From an uncultured Alphaproteobacteria bacterium (GTDB lineage: Bacteria > Pseudomonadota > Alphaproteobacteria > Rhizobiales > Beijerinckiaceae): DNA of 64,000 nucleotides. The stretch is taken from the NCBI GenBank assembly GCA_963824475.1, contig CAWGPR010000003.1:10737-74736 (forward strand), in the 5' to 3' direction. This document shows positions 61,256 to 64,000 of this stretch, piece by piece. The notes beneath the pieces were generated by a model. The model did not search any database and was not told the DNA's origin. It saw only the letters and a program-made list of their open reading frames with translations. Position numbers and translations under genes: made by a program. The stretch's first letter is position 1. Every line of letters starts with the position of its first letter.

Positions 61256-61905
61256 GCCGGCCGCCGAAGAGTTTGGCGGACCAACTCGCAGACAATCGTC
61301 AAGCGGCTTTGCGCCTTGTCCCTGTTTCACGTGAAACAGAAGATCGCCTGGCGGCCTTCGTCGATCTACTCGACCGCTGGCGCAAGACGACAAACCTCGT
61401 CGCCAACTCCACTTTCCCGTCCGTCTGGACCCGCCATATCGCCGATTCCGCCCAGCTGATCGGTCTCGCGCCAGAGGCCAAACGTTGGGTCGACATGGGC
61501 TCCGGCGCCGGCTTTCCTGGCCTCGTGATCGCAATCCAGCTCGCGGACGTCCCCGGCGCCGTCGTCCACTGCATCGAAAGTGATCAGCGGAAGTGCGCTT
61601 TTCTACGCGAAGCGGCGCGGGCGACGGGCGCGGCGGCGAGAATTCACCCCAAACGCGTCGAAGCGATCGAGCCTTTGAGCCTCGGAGCTGTGGACGCCGT
61701 GACCGCGCGCGCCTTCGCCCCCTTGCCGCTGACGCTCAAATTGGCGAGACCGTGGCTGGAGCGCGGCGCCACGGCCGTGTTTCCGCGCGGCGAATCAGCT
61801 AGAGACCAACTCGCGGCGCTGCCTGAGGCGAACGCTTATGCGATCGAAGCGCTTCCCAGCGTCGTCAACCCGAAGGCCACGATCCTGCGCATTCGCCAAA
61901 ACTGA
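61252..61905 (+). CDS. rsmG: 16S rRNA (guanine527-N7)-methyltransferase RsmG (GidB)
   Basis: [17 protein letters not shown]....[18 protein letters not shown]. The GTG start overlaps the mnmG stop. Confidence 0.92.
   Translation: MSRPPKSLADQLADNRQAALRLVPVSRETEDRLAAFVDLLDRWRKTTNLVANSTFPSVWTRHIADSAQLIGLAPEAKRWVDMGSGAGFPGLVIAIQLADVPGAVVHCIESDQRKCAFLREAARATGAAARIHPKRVEAIEPLSLGAVDAVTARAFAPLPLTLKLARPWLERGATAVFPRGESARDQLAALPEANAYAIEALPSVVNPKATILRIRQN
61323..61338. promoter_or_regulatory. parS centromere site, perfect TGTTTCACGTGAAACA, inside rsmG (codes VSRET)
   Basis: Second exact copy of the 16-bp palindrome. Confidence 0.9.
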
Positions 61906-61917
61906 GACCCGAGCCAA

Positions 61918-62763
61918 ATGACCGCGATCCCTCCCCTCGTTCGCGAGCCCGACGCCGGGGGACGCCCGCGCGTTCTCGCCATGGCGAACCAGAAGGGCGG
62001 GGTTGGCAAGACAACCACCGCCATCAACCTTGGAACCGCGCTCGCCGCGATCGGCGAGCGGGTCCTCATCATCGATCTCGATCCCCAGGGCAACGCCTCG
62101 ACGGGCCTCGGAATCGATCGCAAATCCCGCGTGACCTCGAGCTACGACATGCTGGTCGGAGAGCGGTCGTTGCGCGACGTCGTCATTCCGACCTCGGTGC
62201 CGCGCCTCTTCATCGCCCCCTCGAGCATGGATCTTCTCGGCGTCGAGCTCGAAATCGCTGGGCACGAGGACCGCTCCTATAAGCTGCGCAACGCGCTGCG
62301 CAGCTACGGCACCCCCAATCCCGAGAACCCGGAAAGCGTCACCTATGTCCTGGTTGATTGTCCGCCGTCGCTCAACCTGCTCACCATCAACGCTCTCGCC
62401 GCCGCCGACGCCGTCGTCGTCCCGCTGCAATGCGAATTCTTCGCGCTCGAAGGCCTGTCGCAACTGTTGACGACGGTCGAACAGGTTCGCAGCACGCTCA
62501 ATCCGGGCCTGACGATCCACGGCGTGGTGCTCACCATGTACGATCCCCGCAATAGCCTGGCCGGCCAGGTGGTCGCGGACGTGCGCGCCTACATGGGCGA
62601 TAAAGTCTACGAGACGGTCATCCCCCGCAATGTCCGGCTCTCTGAGGCACCTTCGCACGGCAAGCCCGCGCTGCTTTACGATCTCAAATGCGCCGGCAGC
62701 CAAGCCTATCTCAAGCTCGCGTCCGAAGTCATCCGGCGCGAGGGTCGTTGGCGCGCCGCCTGA
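61918..62763 (+). CDS. parA: Chromosome partitioning ATPase ParA
   Basis: LAMANQKGGVGKTTTAINL deviant Walker A, IIDLDPQGNAS, LVDCPPSL. Confidence 0.95.
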   Translation: MTAIPPLVREPDAGGRPRVLAMANQKGGVGKTTTAINLGTALAAIGERVLIIDLDPQGNASTGLGIDRKSRVTSSYDMLVGERSLRDVVIPTSVPRLFIAPSSMDLLGVELEIAGHEDRSYKLRNALRSYGTPNPENPESVTYVLVDCPPSLNLLTINALAAADAVVVPLQCEFFALEGLSQLLTTVEQVRSTLNPGLTIHGVVLTMYDPRNSLAGQVVADVRAYMGDKVYETVIPRNVRLSEAPSHGKPALLYDLKCAGSQAYLKLASEVIRREGRWRAA

Positions 62764-62795
62764 CCACACGCTCGATTGAAGGAGCCCAAAGAGCT

Positions 62796-63683
62796 ATGGC
62801 CGAAGACGTAAGCCGGGCCATCGAAAATCGCCCTCGCCTCGGGCGCGGATTGGCGGCGTTGTTGGGAGGCGCAAACGCACCGCATGCCGAAGGCGCGCGC
62901 GGCCCGCGTCAGACGCCGATTGAATTCTTACGCCCAAATCCGCGCAACCCACGAAAGCGGTTCGACGATGCGGAGCTTGATGAACTCGCCGCTTCGATCA
63001 AGGAGCGCGGAATTATCCAGCCGGTCGTCGTGCGCGCCATTTCCGGCGCATCGGATCTTTTTGAAATCATCGCCGGCGAACGCCGCTGGCGAGCGGCGCA
63101 GCGGGCAGGGCTGCACGAGATCCCGGTCATCATCGTTGACGCAGGCGACCGCGAAGCGCTCGAAATCGCCATCGTCGAAAACGTGCAGCGCGCCGACCTG
63201 AACGCGCTCGAGGAAGCCGCCGGATACGCGCAGCTGCGCGAGACTTATGGATATTCGCACGCCGACATCGCCCGCGTCGTCAGCAAAAGCCGAAGTCACG
63301 TCGCCAACACCTTGCGACTGACCAATCTGCCCGAACACACCCGTAGCCTTCTGGCGGGCGGCACGATTTCGGCCGGGCACGCGCGCGCGCTGCTCGCAGT
63401 TTCCGACCCCGACGGGCTCGCCGACCGCATCGTCGCCGAAGGCTTGACCGTCAGAGACATCGAACGCTTCGGCGGGAATTCGGGCAAGACAACACGGCCG
63501 CGAAAAGGAACTGAACCGGTCGATGCTGACACGCGCGCGCTTCAGGACAAGCTTGCGCTGGCGCTTGGGACAAAAGTGACGATCCGGCACGGCGGCGAGA
63601 GCGGCGAGATTCGCGTCGCCTTTCGCAATCTCGATCAGCTCGATGACTTCTGCCGCCGACTGTGTCAGCCGGCGGAGGGCTAG
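62796..63683 (+). CDS. parB: Chromosome partitioning protein ParB
   Basis: LGRGLAALL, PNPRNPRK, QPVVVR...FEIIAGERRWRAA. GAAGGAG RBS before the ATG at 62796. Confidence 0.95.
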   Translation: MAEDVSRAIENRPRLGRGLAALLGGANAPHAEGARGPRQTPIEFLRPNPRNPRKRFDDAELDELAASIKERGIIQPVVVRAISGASDLFEIIAGERRWRAAQRAGLHEIPVIIVDAGDREALEIAIVENVQRADLNALEEAAGYAQLRETYGYSHADIARVVSKSRSHVANTLRLTNLPEHTRSLLAGGTISAGHARALLAVSDPDGLADRIVAEGLTVRDIERFGGNSGKTTRPRKGTEPVDADTRALQDKLALALGTKVTIRHGGESGEIRVAFRNLDQLDDFCRRLCQPAEG

Positions 63684-63706
63684 AGCGAGATGCGGTCGGA
63701 TGGAAT

Positions 63707-63797
63707 CGTCATCGCGAGGAGCGAAGCGACGCGGCGATCCAGAGCTGCCGCTCCGGCCCTTCATCCCCTGGATTGCTTCGCTTCGCTCGCAATGACG
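63707..63797. repeat. REP-like imperfect palindromic element downstream of parB
   Basis: The left arm CGTCATCGCGAGGAGCGAAGCGACGCGGCGATCCAG pairs with the right arm CTGGATTGCTTCGCTTCGCTCGCAATGACG across an about 25-nt spacer. Resembles the CGTCATTGCGAGCGAAGCGAAGCAATCCAG-type repeats I recall as dispersed in related alphaproteobacterial genomes. Confidence 0.7.
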
Positions 63798-64000
63798 AGC
63801 CTGGTTCGACCTCATCACATCACGCTCTAGTAGCCCGCTGGGTTGGGATTGACGCGCTTTCCTGCCCGCTGTTGTCCACGCCTTGCGCCTCCCTTTTGCT
63901 CGACGGCTCCGGCGTCGGGTCGGCCGCGCCGCATGGCCTCGTGATTTCGGACTTTGACAACCAACGCGCGAACTCCCGAGCCAGCAAACGCTAATAAACG

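Noticed and set aside
63840-64000. Replication origin next to parB (TTGTCCACG DnaA-box-like motif, AT-richer end of window)
   Set aside because: There is only one weak 7/9 DnaA-box match and no cluster of boxes or AT-rich unwinding element within the window. This cannot be supported from the sequence available.

Overview
High-GC (about 65%) alphaproteobacterial chromosomal segment, Hyphomicrobiales-like by gene content. I found about 60 recognisable protein genes and no rRNA, tRNA, CRISPR array or transposase. All family assignments are by eye from the translations; no BLAST or HMM search was run.

Gene order, left to right:
- Class II DAHP synthase (frameshifted).
- A scrambled lower-GC patch holding an intact acyltransferase-3 gene flanked by two remnants of a paralogue.
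- A VOC protein, nadE, and a DUF1254/DUF1214 protein (frameshifted).
- A standalone cNMP-binding protein, a small coiled-coil protein, and three tandem paralogous 3-TM proteins that look like Pycsar PycTM/DUF5706 effectors.
- An 11.6 kb translationally coupled sugar locus: CUT1 ABC transporter, 3 SDRs, TIM-barrel isomerase, APH-like kinase, divergent enolase paralogue, carboxylesterase.
- A second sugar locus: CUT2 ABC transporter, Gfo/Idh/MocA oxidoreductases, TIM-barrel enzyme, SDR, mannitol dehydrogenase, RpiR.
- ppx, mmcB, a GMC oxidoreductase, dppABCDF and a Rieske oxygenase.
- A block ruvC-ruvA-vapBC-ruvB-xerD-DUF167 bracketed by about 300 bp diverged inverted repeats that each carry a near-consensus promoter.
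- rnhB, ccrM, prmB, phaR, gloB, gpmA, then mnmE-mnmG-rsmG-parA-parB with two perfect parS sites.

Strongest observations:
1. The orphan cNMP sensor plus triplicated PycTM-like array has no adjacent cyclase.
2. Three of the frame-breaking lesions are single A/T insertions exactly inside GANTC (CcrM) sites, and ccrM is encoded in the window. This points to methylation-linked basecalling error rather than real pseudogenes.
3. The promoter-bearing inverted repeat pair is a candidate pair of paralogous sRNA genes.
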